Assembly (NCBI RefSeq): GCF_022539665.2
Contig: NC_081332.1
Span: forward strand, 2,852,001-2,916,000
Source of the DNA: Daphnia carinata
Lineage: Eukaryota
Length of the DNA: 64,000 bases
Reading direction: 5' to 3'
Part shown: positions 13,665 to 25,778 of the stretch, piece by piece
Position numbering within the stretch: the first letter of the stretch is position 1
Layout of the letters: each line of letters opens with the position of its first letter
Notes under the pieces: model-generated
Databases searched by the model: none
The model's input: the letters and a program-made list of their open reading frames with translations, nothing else
Told to the model about the DNA's origin: nothing
Program-made: the position numbers and the translations under genes

Positions 13665-16600
13665 AAACTATCAAATAGAAATAAAAAGGAAATCTTTTAC
13701 TTTATCGATAAAAAGAAACGATCATCAGCTGTTTTTCCGGTGTTGGCTACGTTAGGCTTTAAAGAAAAAGAAAAAAAAAAGGGGGTTGGGGGTGGGCTAT
13801 AGCCATGCGATGGAGACTGGTCTTTTTGGGGTTGAGTGGGGCTAGAGTGTAATCCTCTTAACCTCGTTGATTTGACTGTAGGGTATCAACGCACGAAAGG
13901 AGCGTTTCGTTTTTGTTTTGTTTTTCGAGGCGATAGTTTTATTACAAAGTTAACGAATAGTTGACTCATGTTATTTTCCCATTGTTAGCAAAAGAAGGGC
14001 AAGACACGCAGCCCTAACTTGGCATTCTTTTCATTATTCGTGCGCTCCGACAATAAGAGCAGAGGAAACATAGATGTAGAGTTATTGACACGCAACTCTT
14101 CTCGTTCCGCATACGCTCTCAAACTATATAAAGACCATTATAAAAAAAAAAATAAGAAAGTAAACTCGGGTCGAATAAGATGAAGAGAAAGGGGTATCAT
14201 TCACGCAATGTCCCGCCAACGACCACTTCAAACGGGTGCCAGCCGTGTGACGATGAAAGCCGGAGGAACAAACAAGGGGAATATCGGCGAGGACGAGACA
14301 CTGTGATTGCCGTAATCTAGAGGCTAAATGAGCAACCACGCGAGAATTGCAGACAAGCAAAAAAGTGGGCCGCAAATCATCAATTGAATGCTGGTCGAGT
14401 TTGAGTGGAAAAAGATCGATGGCTGGTGGTAGACAAGTACGCTACCTACATCCGCAACGATCCTTCACGCAAACAAAAAGGCGATCGAAACGAAAAGCAA
14501 AAGGCGGAAAGCAAGAGAAAAAGAGGAGGAAAATACAAATCAGTTGGAAGCCGTATCTGATGTGTGGTACGACTTCCTTTCTGCGTTTGAATAAATCATT
14601 TATACGAAAAGAGGGCGACAAAAAGCAAATCCACGAAAGAAAAAGAGCTGCAAATCCTTGCCTGTGCCATTCGGGCAACCCTCTATAGGGTGGGGCATGT
14701 CATTGGAACCTTTCTCCTTGTTTAGAGAGGCTGAAAAAAAAAAAAAAAAAGCTGGCGCGTGTCGATGTGCTGTAGCACCGCATCTCATGAATCGTCAATG
14801 GAAAAAGAACAAAAATAACAAAAAAAAAAAAATTACTATTACGAGAGACTGGATCGATCCTCTCTCTCGTCAATTCGTATCGGTCAGCTTCTCTTTTTAC
14901 CACCCATCCATCCTTCCGGATAAGATAGCACGTTTCCAGCGACGCCCTCCTACACATGCACTGCACGCACATCCACTTGGAGCGCACCGTGTCACGACGT
15001 CCCGTGTTTTTCCTTGGCCTGTTTAAATTGTTATGCAAGTCCGACTACGAAAACAAAAAAAGGCAAAATCGACGCGATTCTACTAGAACATTCATACGGA
15101 AACATTTCGCCTAGCCTTGAACTTCGCAACAAGCTGCGACAGCTTGACATTCGGCTTTTGCCGTTTCGATCGATATGGCTATATCACGCGGAATATGCAA
15201 ATGCATATTGTGTTCACGGTCTTGATTTCGACAGACAATCTTCTCTATTTTGACGACAGACTGGATGACCTTGCTATAGTACGTCCATTTATCTGCGACC
15301 GGACATGTTCCGGCAATGGATAACCATGGCAATCAGCTTTTACCGATGGCAACCATGTTATTGCGTAACGTGATTGGAACGTGCAGGCAACGAATTGTCA
15401 CGACGAATATTGCACACCGTTCTATAAATAACATTTTTTCCACCTCCGTTTCGTGCATCTACTCGCTTGTTCTTCGTCACTCCCTTCTCGCAGTGCAAAT
15501 TTTGCCAGGATACCACCCCCTCCCCCCCCCCATCGTAAGTCCCTTCTTGTGTCGACAGCATTTTATAAACAAATAGAGAATAGAATTTCCGAGAAATGAT
15601 TTTCCATCCTGTTTCAATATCGGGGCGATTTAAACAAGCGCCGAGCGGACGTTTCTATTTTTAAATTTTTATTATTGATCTATTTATCTAGTGTCCATTG
15701 ACGGAGAGTTTGTGTTCGACATGTCCCTGTCATCGTCTCTAAACACATCCAGCTGTTTGTTGAACGGCGCTCGCATACGTGCTGACATACACCACAAAAA
15801 CAAACACATCAAGGCCTGTAAAGCTCACAGGGCGACGCTAATGCCCCTAAAAAAACAAAAAAAACGAGAGAAAAAGAGAAGAGTTCTCCAACGAGAGAAG
15901 AGAGGGAATAAAAGCAGCGAGTACTGCGACGTTAATCGGCTCATCTCGGCGAGAAATTCGGTGCCATCGTAACGATGCTGATTCAGTCGAATGCTTATTC
16001 ACAATCAATACGCCCTGCTGCCTTTGCAATCCAACAGACGAAAGGTTTTTTTTTTGGCTTGGACTGGATGAGCTATTCATCGTCTCGTGAATTTCCCACA
16101 TTGATTTCACCGCCGCCGGTGCCACTATTACAACTGATGAAAAAGGATATTAACAATTCGGATTCTCCAGTCCTTTACACTGTCCCACTTTTTACGGTGA
16201 CGAGCAAAAGAGAACACACACACAAAAAAAAACAAGCCATCCTACACAAACAAGACGAACGTATTGATTGCTTTTGATTATTAGTTTGAAAATTGAAAAA
16301 AAAACAAAAAAAAAACAGCTAGCGAGCACTAAATAGCTGGAAAAAAAAAATAAGAGAAAAAAACAAAACAAGACGAAGAAATTGAAAGGTTCTGATTCGA
16401 TTGTCGTGGCGAGAGTGGAGTTGGTATAGCATTCCTCATCCAGCTATCACGTCATCCAGAACGGCGTCCTCCAACTGATGCGTCTAGTTTCCTCTCATAA
16501 TGAGAAAACTTGACAGTTTAATAGCAAAGAAGAATAGAACGGCGACTATTCCTGCTCGCCGAACACACTAGGCAGCTATTTAAATCAATTCCTATTGTTT

Positions 16601-18261
16601 TTACCTTCATCGGTCAAAAAGTTTCAAACTCCCCTCTCACCCTCTTCAATTGAAACGTGGGCCCTGCGATAGTATTCAAATCAAAGCGCAGAAAACGCAG
16701 TTGACCAAAACTTTCGAAATGAAGCGAGTCAACTTTTGCGACGTTCAGTGTTCGTCTTTAAAAAAAAAAGCTTGGCTAAACCATCAAGTGCCGCTAGAAT
16801 CTATATAAAAGGCAGTCGTTGTAGATGTAAGGCAGCAATAAACTCGCGGGGATCGTGTGGCAATCCTAACAAGGCTACTAGAGATTCTGCTTGAGCCAAA
16901 GATTCTCTGATGAACCCAACGACGTTGCAACAACTATCCCGCGAAGAAAGAAAAAAAAAAAAAAAGAAAATATAAAAATAAATAAGAAAAAAGAGGAGCA
17001 CGCCATAAAAAGATGGCTTATTTCATCCACAAGAAACATCCAGTTAGATAACAAAGACGGCGCTAGAGAAAAGCTCAGCTTTAAAAGGAAACATTTTTTT
17101 TTGGGGAGGGGGGTATTTTACTGTGTGTCTACGCGATCAGATTCGGTGAATCCCTGCCAATAATCCAATTTCCTTAAAACAGGTTTTTGCAAAGCGCCAC
17201 CGTTGATCTTTGGTAACCGAAAAAAAAAAAAAAAACAAACAAAAACAGCTTTCCTTTCTGTCGAGTGATGCACAATAGGTTCGCTAGATCCAAGACGATT
17301 GGTTTTAATCCGTCAATTGCACGAGTAGAGAAAAGAGAAAATGTTTGATTGAAAGCGGACGGGAAGCCGACAGGTGCTGCTTACTGCTGTCGACCCAAAC
17401 GGCGGAAGGAACGTCGAAAGAAGCTTTAATAAAGCCGACTTAGCTCATACTATTGAATACCAATACATCAATAAAACATTAAGGAAAAGCAGAACACTTG
17501 AAAATGGGGGGGAAAAAAAAAGGTGTTTTGATGTACGAATGAACGAGTTTTGCCGCCCCCCCCCCCCCCACCTTGCCGTGTACAGAATTACTTGTATTGC
17601 AGCATTAATCAGCCTAGCGCCCTGTTCGTGTGGGCTGCGCCCGATACCGTGTGGGACTAACGGCGCATAAAATAGGACGTAAGAACATAGTAATGCAAAG
17701 TGTGTTTCTTTTCTTTTTGTGCCTCTCTCTGCATAGCGAAATGAGAAAGAACTCGAAAAAAAGCGAATAACACAAGCTCTTACGAAAGCCTACTCAACTG
17801 GTAGAGTGCGTGGAATAAAGTATGAAAAAGGAAAGTGGGGAGAAAGAAAAAAAAAAAAAAAAAAGAAGTAGGAATTAAAAGACTAAAAACGGAAGCACAA
17901 GGAGAGTCTGGATTGCAAGCGGGAAAAGGGATGATGGAGATGGTTCTGTCGGTCGTAAATTTCTGTCTAGAACCCGTGGGCGATATTGCAATAGATGAAG
18001 AAGTAGAAGAAGAGATCAAATGAAATCCCCTTCGCATAAGAAGGTCGGAAGGGAAATGCTTAAAAGAAGCCCACGAAGAAGGGGAGAAAAAAAAGAAAAT
18101 ATATAATGCCGGTTAACAAGGAAAAGAAAAAAAAAAAAGGAAATAAGAATGGTGAGCTTACGGGATCCTAGAGCGAGCATGAGAAACAGCAGAAGGAAAC
18201 ACGCCACACTGGACAAACGTTTGCCATAAGGTCGTCGTGTTCGCCCACAGCACCGACTCAT
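202..18261 (-). CDS. dpr: Dpr (defective proboscis extension response)-family two-Ig-domain cell-surface protein; 3' end lies outside the window
   Basis: Exons have GT-AG boundaries and compatible phases: 18261-18162 (signal peptide MSRCC...VACFLLLFLMLALGS), 9874-9597 (GPFFEPEFPTNISVLAGQTVLLQCRVMDLGDRV), 7850-7707 (VSWVRQSDLAIL...DWELQIAEAQTKDS), 7368-7302 (GLYECQVNTEPK), 539-405 (ELYVRTGSTISLTC...FWFH) and 306-202 (DSPRGGISLETE...SKLLLTRATLQDAG). These motifs are typical of Dpr Ig1/Ig2. The specific paralogue cannot be assigned. An alternative in-frame ATG lies at 18288. Confidence 0.9.
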
Positions 18262-21200
18262 CCACTCGTTCGCATTCTGTCCGTCCATTGAACGGCCGGC
18301 TAAAGAACAATAATTAACCGCGGAAACCGGAATGAAAGGCAACTTCTTCATCGGTCGTTCATCATGTCTTGATCCAATAACATCACGCACAACAACCTCC
18401 TTTGTTTACTATTATTTCGTTCTTCTTCTTCTTCTTCTTCTTGAAATAAAACTCGTTCAGCGAATGATAAAAAAAAAATAAAAACAAACGATAGAAACAA
18501 CTGGTCAGGGGTGGGGGGGAGCAGAATCGTGACTGGAAAGTGTTGAAGAAAACAAGCAAGGGAATAAACGTGTCAGTCGATCTGACAAGAGTGATTCAAC
18601 GACTGCTGGTGTGGCCCAACTGTGCGCTGGGCAAAAAAGGCAGCATGACTTGGGCAAACCCCTGCAAAGTTTACACAGACGCGCGCGCGCAATAAAGTGG
18701 GCCATCCTCTTCGTCGCCAGATCATCACCTTTTTGGCCGTCAATTTTTTCCCAATAGTGTACAGCTATCTCTACCCCTCCCCCCTTATTTTTTTTTTTTT
18801 TTTTTTTTTTTATTTCCAAGACACTCTCTAACCATCTATCCAAAGACGGCCATTGAGAATGGGCCAAACTGTCGTCCATAATAATGTTTTTCTTTTCGTT
18901 CTTTTTTTCAAAGTAAAAGAGAAGGGAAAAAAAAAAATAAAAAAAAAGAGGGGTTGTGATTATGGACGTAAAAATCGATGAGAAAGACAGTTATACGGGG
19001 CATTCGCCATCAACAGTTCCGCTGGACTTTCGTGTATCGATGACCCCCAACTCGCGATGCATTCCGACAGAAAATAAAAATGGATGGCCATAATCATGAA
19101 AATTTTCAGATACACTTCTTCTTCGACGTCTTCTATTTTTATGATTATTTCTTTATTTAGTGTCAGTGATCTTTGTTACTATTGATTCGATTCTATTCGA
19201 CGCCCGTCCAACGAAAGGCTTTAGGGGAAGAAAAAAAGACATTCAAATAAAAACAAAAATGCCGAGAAAAATAGTCCCATTTCAACGGAGATGGGGAATA
19301 AAAAGAAAAAGGATTTCACATCGAGTCGGCAGACGACGTTTCAGACGTTGCGTCGTCCGTTCTGCACCCCGGATTCCATTCCACCCATCGGCGTTGTGGA
19401 TTGGGGAACAATGCATGACGTGACATCAAAAAGCAGAATCTGTTTCCCAGCAAGTCAAATATAACAAAAAAGGAAAAAAAAAAAAAAATAACAACGATAT
19501 TCTAGACCGCACATCTGGTCACAAATTTTTGTTGCCATTCAACCTTTTGTGACTTTTGAAACAAATGTACGAATCACTGGCGCATCCGATTCCATAGTTG
19601 ATGTTTCAAAAGAACGAACTAATGCTGTGCATATGGTATCCCAGACGACAAGGGTACGCAGCGTTTTTCGAATAAAGAAGACGCTCGCTGGATTACCAAA
19701 ATGTACGCATGAAGGCGCGCACAACATTCCAATGATGGTTCAACCAAGTGCGCACATACAACATGGAAATTTGACATGGACATGTCGAAAGATACACTGC
19801 CGCTACAGCCGCTGCCTCCAGCAGGTTTACATTTGTGTTCCTCGCTCTAAAGATTCGTTTTAGTTGACGAAACTCAAGAGGCGTATAGTCAATTAACTTA
19901 CGCCGTCTGTTGGCAATCAGCCAAAATTGCTAGTTAACCCAATCAAAAGGTCACCCTATCCCAGACACTTTGCGAACATTTGAAAATGGCCAACAAAATG
20001 TTTTTAAACAAAGAAAACGAAAAACAGATGCGCAAAGAAAAAAAAAAAAAAAAAAAGATAATTTGAAAAAGACAAGAAAAAAAAAATGGCGCCAGCTTTG
20101 TGCCATTTCCTTTTCAATTACGATATATTCCAGTGCATAGGAATGGATTTGATTTCGAATGACGTGCCCAACACACGGCCAAAGAGAGGGGGGACGCACG
20201 GAGTTGATGAGAAAGGCAATCGAGATTTGTTGAGTCGTGTCACGTACGACAGGTCCCATCAAGCCGGTCGTCACTCCCGCAAAAAAAAAAAAAAAATAAA
20301 TAAATAAAAAGAACGGCCGCACATGCGGACGTAGGTGCATCACAAAAAGCGAGTCCAGTATATTACGCAATATATAGCGTACGACAACGACGAACCTTTT
20401 TCGGCGTAACCCGTACGCCGTCGACATCATCTCGTGATGACTTGCTGGTAAATAAGGGCGAAACTGAGATGGGAACATTACACAGGAACGAGATTTTTCC
20501 TCCATCCCACCCTATCACTGCTATTGCAAATGCAATACATTGGTGGATATACACAGTATTCGCATCGTAAATGAGAGCGAGAGAGGCAGAAAGTGATGGA
20601 AGTTGTGCTCCGCCCAGCGTGGATCAAAGGTTTGTATATTTGAGAGTTTCTCAAACAGCGGCATTGGCAAACTTCCGTCCGTCCAATCATTCCATGCGAC
20701 CTACTCTACTGTACGTACTACATCCAATTTACTTCCTCTTGTACACTTTGCTGCTCATTTCTTTCTTTTTTTTTTTTTTTTTTTTTTTTGCCCTCCCCCT
20801 TTCGACATTGATAGTGCCCACACAATTTTTTTAAGTAGTATGACAGCTGCCATTTTTCGTTTGGGATTTCGCTCTTCGTGCATGACCACCACCAATGATG
20901 ATATGCGCAAATTTTGTTCGCTGCTGCAGTTGGCGGCCCTCCCCTCTCAACCTGGTCACGACCGAAGGAGCACAAAGATTCTAGAAATGCGCGCACTTTG
21001 TGTGCTTCCTCTGGGGCATGAACGTTCCAGCACAGCGACAGATCATCATCGGCTTCGCGCAAACCGGATTCCCTCGACAGCCAAGGAAGAAGGAAGAAAA
21101 AAAAAACACAATTTTTCTTGGGATTTTTCGTCTTTGACGAATACCAGTGAACGGAAAAATAGAGGGAGCTCATATCTAATTGAATCACTTCGTGTCAGCT

Positions 21201-21280
21201 GACATTTTGTGTGTAAATAAGCTGCAGCTTTCCCCGCAGAAGCTCTACTACTAAAATTTGGAACCGCCATTTCCATGGAC

Positions 21281-21318
<38 letters not shown>

Positions 21319-22689
21319 AACTCTTGCGGGTTGACGAGACGTGGCGTGTCTTTCGAACATGAGGTCCATTCTTGATTTATTCACTTTAGCATCGATTCTT
21401 TTAGAGACCCAACCCCGATGTTCGATCGCGCTTTTTGTACACACGGTCGACTCTTTAGACACTGGTGACAGGCACTCAGCCCGACCAACAAGAGGAATCT
21501 TGTTAGTACAAGGATTTCCGCTTCTGGCCCACCGACCCTCCTTCCCATACATCCGCACAGGCTGGTCTTAATGCGCCATATCCATTAACATCAATGTGTA
21601 ACATTTCGCTTTATCCCACCAAATGATACGTCAACTTTGCCGACAACGAATCTTATTGACTAAACCGATTACGTTCATTGTAGTCCGCCATTTTTCTTCA
21701 AGGTTCTTAACATTTGTTTCCCTCCATATAGTTGCATCCATATTGCAAGTACTCGAGCACAACCAGCAAAGACACACGCAAAAAAAAAAAAAAAAAAAAA
21801 AAAAAACAGGAGAGACGGGCGATATATATACTCTGGATGATGATATAGCGTCTTTGCCCACGAGAATCTATGCCTTGTTTTCTTTGCCCTTTCCTCCGAG
21901 CTAGCCTTGTGAACGGTGCTCGAGTTTCTTATCCGCGTGTAGACATAGATAAAGAAAGAACAAGCAATTTCGTCGACGTAGGAGGGGAAAGACACCGAGG
22001 AAAAGAGACAGGAGCTTTGCCTCGATGAGTGCACAGTCAATAACTAACTTCTCAAACACAGCGCGACGAGCTATACGCACAACGAGTCGAATGAAGACAA
22101 TTTTATTGGCAAACAATCTGATAGCGACGGCAATAGATGCGTATACGATGGGCTACAAGTGTGTTACCCGAGTGTCTGACGACTAACGCAGTCGATTCAA
22201 AGTCGTGTCGAATCAAGTTTGATATTCGCATTTCTGGGGAAAAACCAGCGGAGCATGACGCTGGCTCTCGCACTTTTAATGATTGTGTCGGAAACAATTG
22301 GTAAAATCGAACATCTAAACAAGAAACGAGAGAAACCAGAGAAAAAGACAAAGTGCTCTGTTCCGTCAAGAAAATTCAATTGCTATAAAGAGTTTGCTTT
22401 ATAGTGTTTATCCAAGGCCAATAACGTAGCGATCGGGATTGAAATCATCAATTTGGCTCTCCAATGACAGACTTCATTTGGTCCCTTCGCTTCGTTGCTG
22501 CGTTTGATCTTGACATTACTGCGTGGCTATATATAAGCTCTTGAATAACGATCTGCAACAGACGAGCACTAGAGCAATGCGACCTTCACTAGCCTTTGCT
22601 TTTCATTTAAAAGCTCTCGATGTAACCTTCTATTCCACTTTTTTTCGTTTTCCTATATTCTTTGCAGATGACATAAGCCAAGACCTGAT

Positions 22690-23650
22690 CTGTGTTTACA
22701 ATTCTTTTGTTTGTTCGAGCCCACAAAACCTAGCCAAAATTACATAAAATGAATAATGAAGTGAAATCAATCAATCCTACCTTAATGAGATTTCAGGACA
22801 ATCACAAGGCAGATTTTGAATTCACAGTGGCAGCCAGGGCAGCAGACGCTGAGATCCTGCATCAACAAACAAAAAGATAAAAAATTAAGGTCCAGGCAAC
22901 CCAATGTTGATATTCTGGGGATGACTAAAAAACCCTATAGGCCAAAGGCTACTGCGAGTGGCACAGTATCTCTCACAAGTTGAGCACAATGTCTACTAAT
23001 AAACTAGAGCACAAACTAAAGAAAATAAGTTATGGTCTTGACTTCATTGATTGATGATAATGAGGAAGGCATGTCCGTATGTTTTACTTCTCTTTTTTTT
23101 TCCCGCCAAGTCATAACTCTAGAAAGTTACATGACACTGATTCCCTTTTAGCCTTTGCAAAGTTATTACAGGGATATCTTGCTTCAATTTGGGAAACCCC
23201 AAAAGACATTAATGTCATCCAATACCATAAATCATGTGAAAGGCATTTAAGGTACTGCTAATCCTATAAGCAATTCTATGTCCATACCTTTTGGGGCAAG
23301 AGCACATGGTCCTTGAAAGCAACTCTTTCCTGCAATTCCACATGCACGTAGCTCAGCACACTGAGCACAAATGATGGCAGAATTTCAAATCTCAATCCAA
23401 AATTCCATACACCTGGCGATTATGCAGAGCAAAGAATAAGGGCAATTAGAAATTGAAGCGCGTTCTTGCTCAACAACCATGAAAATAATTAAATCATCAA
23501 GAATTTTAGAAGTTTATCATTTTCAAGAGTTTTTGCAATTTTGCTTCTCTTTCGATTCAACTTGCAGTTTCATGCACATATTATTGCATTTTATTTTGCT
23601 GCATTGAACGTTAACTACTTAACTGAGAATTGCAATACTGAAACGACAAC
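22690..23650 (-). other. Possible spliced non-coding transcript or decayed gene
   Basis: CpG-poor island without long homopolymers. It has paired minus-strand splice signals (donors ~23412, 23287, 22780; acceptors ~23330, 22857, 22730) and an Inr-like TCAGTA near 23640. No convincing ORF. Confidence 0.35.
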
Positions 23651-25669
23651 GACATGTTTGTTTACAGTCATTAACCATGTAATTGCCTTCCGGTTACATG
23701 GTCAATATACATAACACGAAATTGATATTTTGAAAAGGTGATACAGCAGCAGTGGCAGATGTGTCGTGGTTTTTTTTTGTTTTTCAAAAGGTGGGGTGGG
23801 AGGGATGTATGAAATATAGCGACGCCATTTTTACATTGACTTTTCTTCTTTCCCAAAGGAACAACTTGGAGGGCGGCGTGACGTTCTTTAAATTACTTTT
23901 GGAAAGAATTAATGAAACAGAAACACACACAGAAAAAAAAAAAGGAGGACAACTTTATCCTGCTGTGAGATGAAGAATATATCCAAGAGCTGTTTGAGAA
24001 GGGGGTACTTACTATGGGTTATGTATTAATGTTACAAGGACGTCAAAGCCGGTTTATGGAACCCAAATCGCGTCATGTAAAAGTATGAAGAAGAAATGTC
24101 ATTAGATAAGAAAGCTTTTGTGGCATCATTCTGCGATTGCCCTTGTTTTACATGGTGATATTAAAGATAAGTGTAGGAGTGGTATTTCCGAATGCAGCTC
24201 CAGGGTGTAAAGAGGATGGGGGTAAAACGACGGCTAATAGATCTCAATATCTGAAATCACACTGAATGATATGGCCATATACGTAATTAATAGAAGAAAA
24301 GATGAAGGAAGGAGTAAACGAGTTCACTAAATATGAAGTTTGGTGTTGATAATATTCGATAAGCTTCAATGAAAACAAGAAAGCGAAAGGATTTTTTTTT
24401 TTTCAAAAATGTGTGACAAGTTTTCTAACGAGAGAACCATTTTGTTTTCCGACAAGTAAGCAATCGATTACCTACGATGGGTGGACTTGGTATTTAGATG
24501 TTAGCAATAGCAGTGGTGTTTACATAATCATAAATTGGAAGAATATATTATGAGAAGAAAGAAGAGAAACAAAAGAAAAATCAATAGTTAATAACTTTTT
24601 TCTCTTGAAAAAAGTTATTGTTAAACAAAACGGAATGTTCGTCACTTTACAACATTTATATGAACCGAGTCACAAGACAAAAAAAAAAAACTAAGAAAAG
24701 AATTTAAACGTATAACTTTTCTTCCTTCTGCATTCGCTCACGATAAAACGACGTTTCCTCCCGTAATTAATTGCATGTTTGCCTTCCTTCTTTTGTTGAA
24801 TATTTGGAAAATATCGACTGATTTCCATAATGAAACGGCCCATTCCTCCGGCTCTTAAAAAAAAAAAAAGAGGATACGAAGGAAGAATAAAAAATACATT
24901 AAACGAGGCCCAGATGACTGTTATTCCTCCATTGTTTTTCGCTTTACGTCTGCAGGGTTTTCTTTTTTCTTTAACGAGAGCTTATCTTCTACAACATTAT
25001 TCCCGTCCCGCATTGTGCCAAAGTTTCACATGTGCCAAATAAAGAGAACGTTGCGATCAAAACCCTAGCTGAATATTTTTCGTCGATCCTAAAATGTCTT
25101 GAAAAAAAAAAAAAATCAACAACAGAAAATCAAATTTAAAAATAATAAAACAAGTTTTAAACCAAAAAGAACTAAAAAAAAAAAAAAGTCTCCTGTGTTT
25201 CGGTAGTCTTTCATGTTTCACATCAGGAAACGGACAACAACTATTAATTGCCTTGTTACACGTTTTTCAAGGATAAGAAAATGGGACATACAGAATTAAA
25301 ACAAAAATAATAATTAAAAAAAAATGTGAAGGGGGAAGAAAGAGAAAGAGGAAACGAACACCGACATGGTAATGTATACGATACAACAATCCGGCAATTC
25401 ATTTTGTCTCCATTTTTGTTTGTGTGTGTGTGTGTGTTATATATACGCATTGCCGTGATTTTTCCTTTTCCTTTTTTTTTTTCTTTTTTCCTTTTTTTTT
25501 TTATGCCTATTTAGAAGCCCGTCAATTTGTCATTAAAATTGGATTTTTTTTTGTTTGTTTTGTTTTAAAGAGACAACCGAACAGGAAAAGAGGTGCCATT
25601 AAAAGGTTAAAGGATAGAGAGCGGATTGGTTTGTTTTTGGACGACAAGAAAAGTGAGAAGGTGTTAAAA

Positions 25670-25676
<7 letters not shown>

Positions 25677-25720
<44 letters not shown>
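25677..25720. repeat. 44-nt poly(A) run (poly-U in the calsyntenin 3' UTR)
   Basis: Directly visible, 59 nt downstream of the calsyntenin stop codon on the minus strand. Confidence 0.9.
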
Positions 25721-25722
<2 letters not shown>

Positions 25723-25778
25723 ACAAAATGGAGAGAGAATGATATCAGCCGCGTTTTTGTTTTGCTTTCTCGTTTGTC

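Noticed and set aside
22890..22990. Two hairpins suggesting an H/ACA snoRNA
   Set aside because: The pairing favours the minus strand but the H and ACA boxes appear only on the plus strand.
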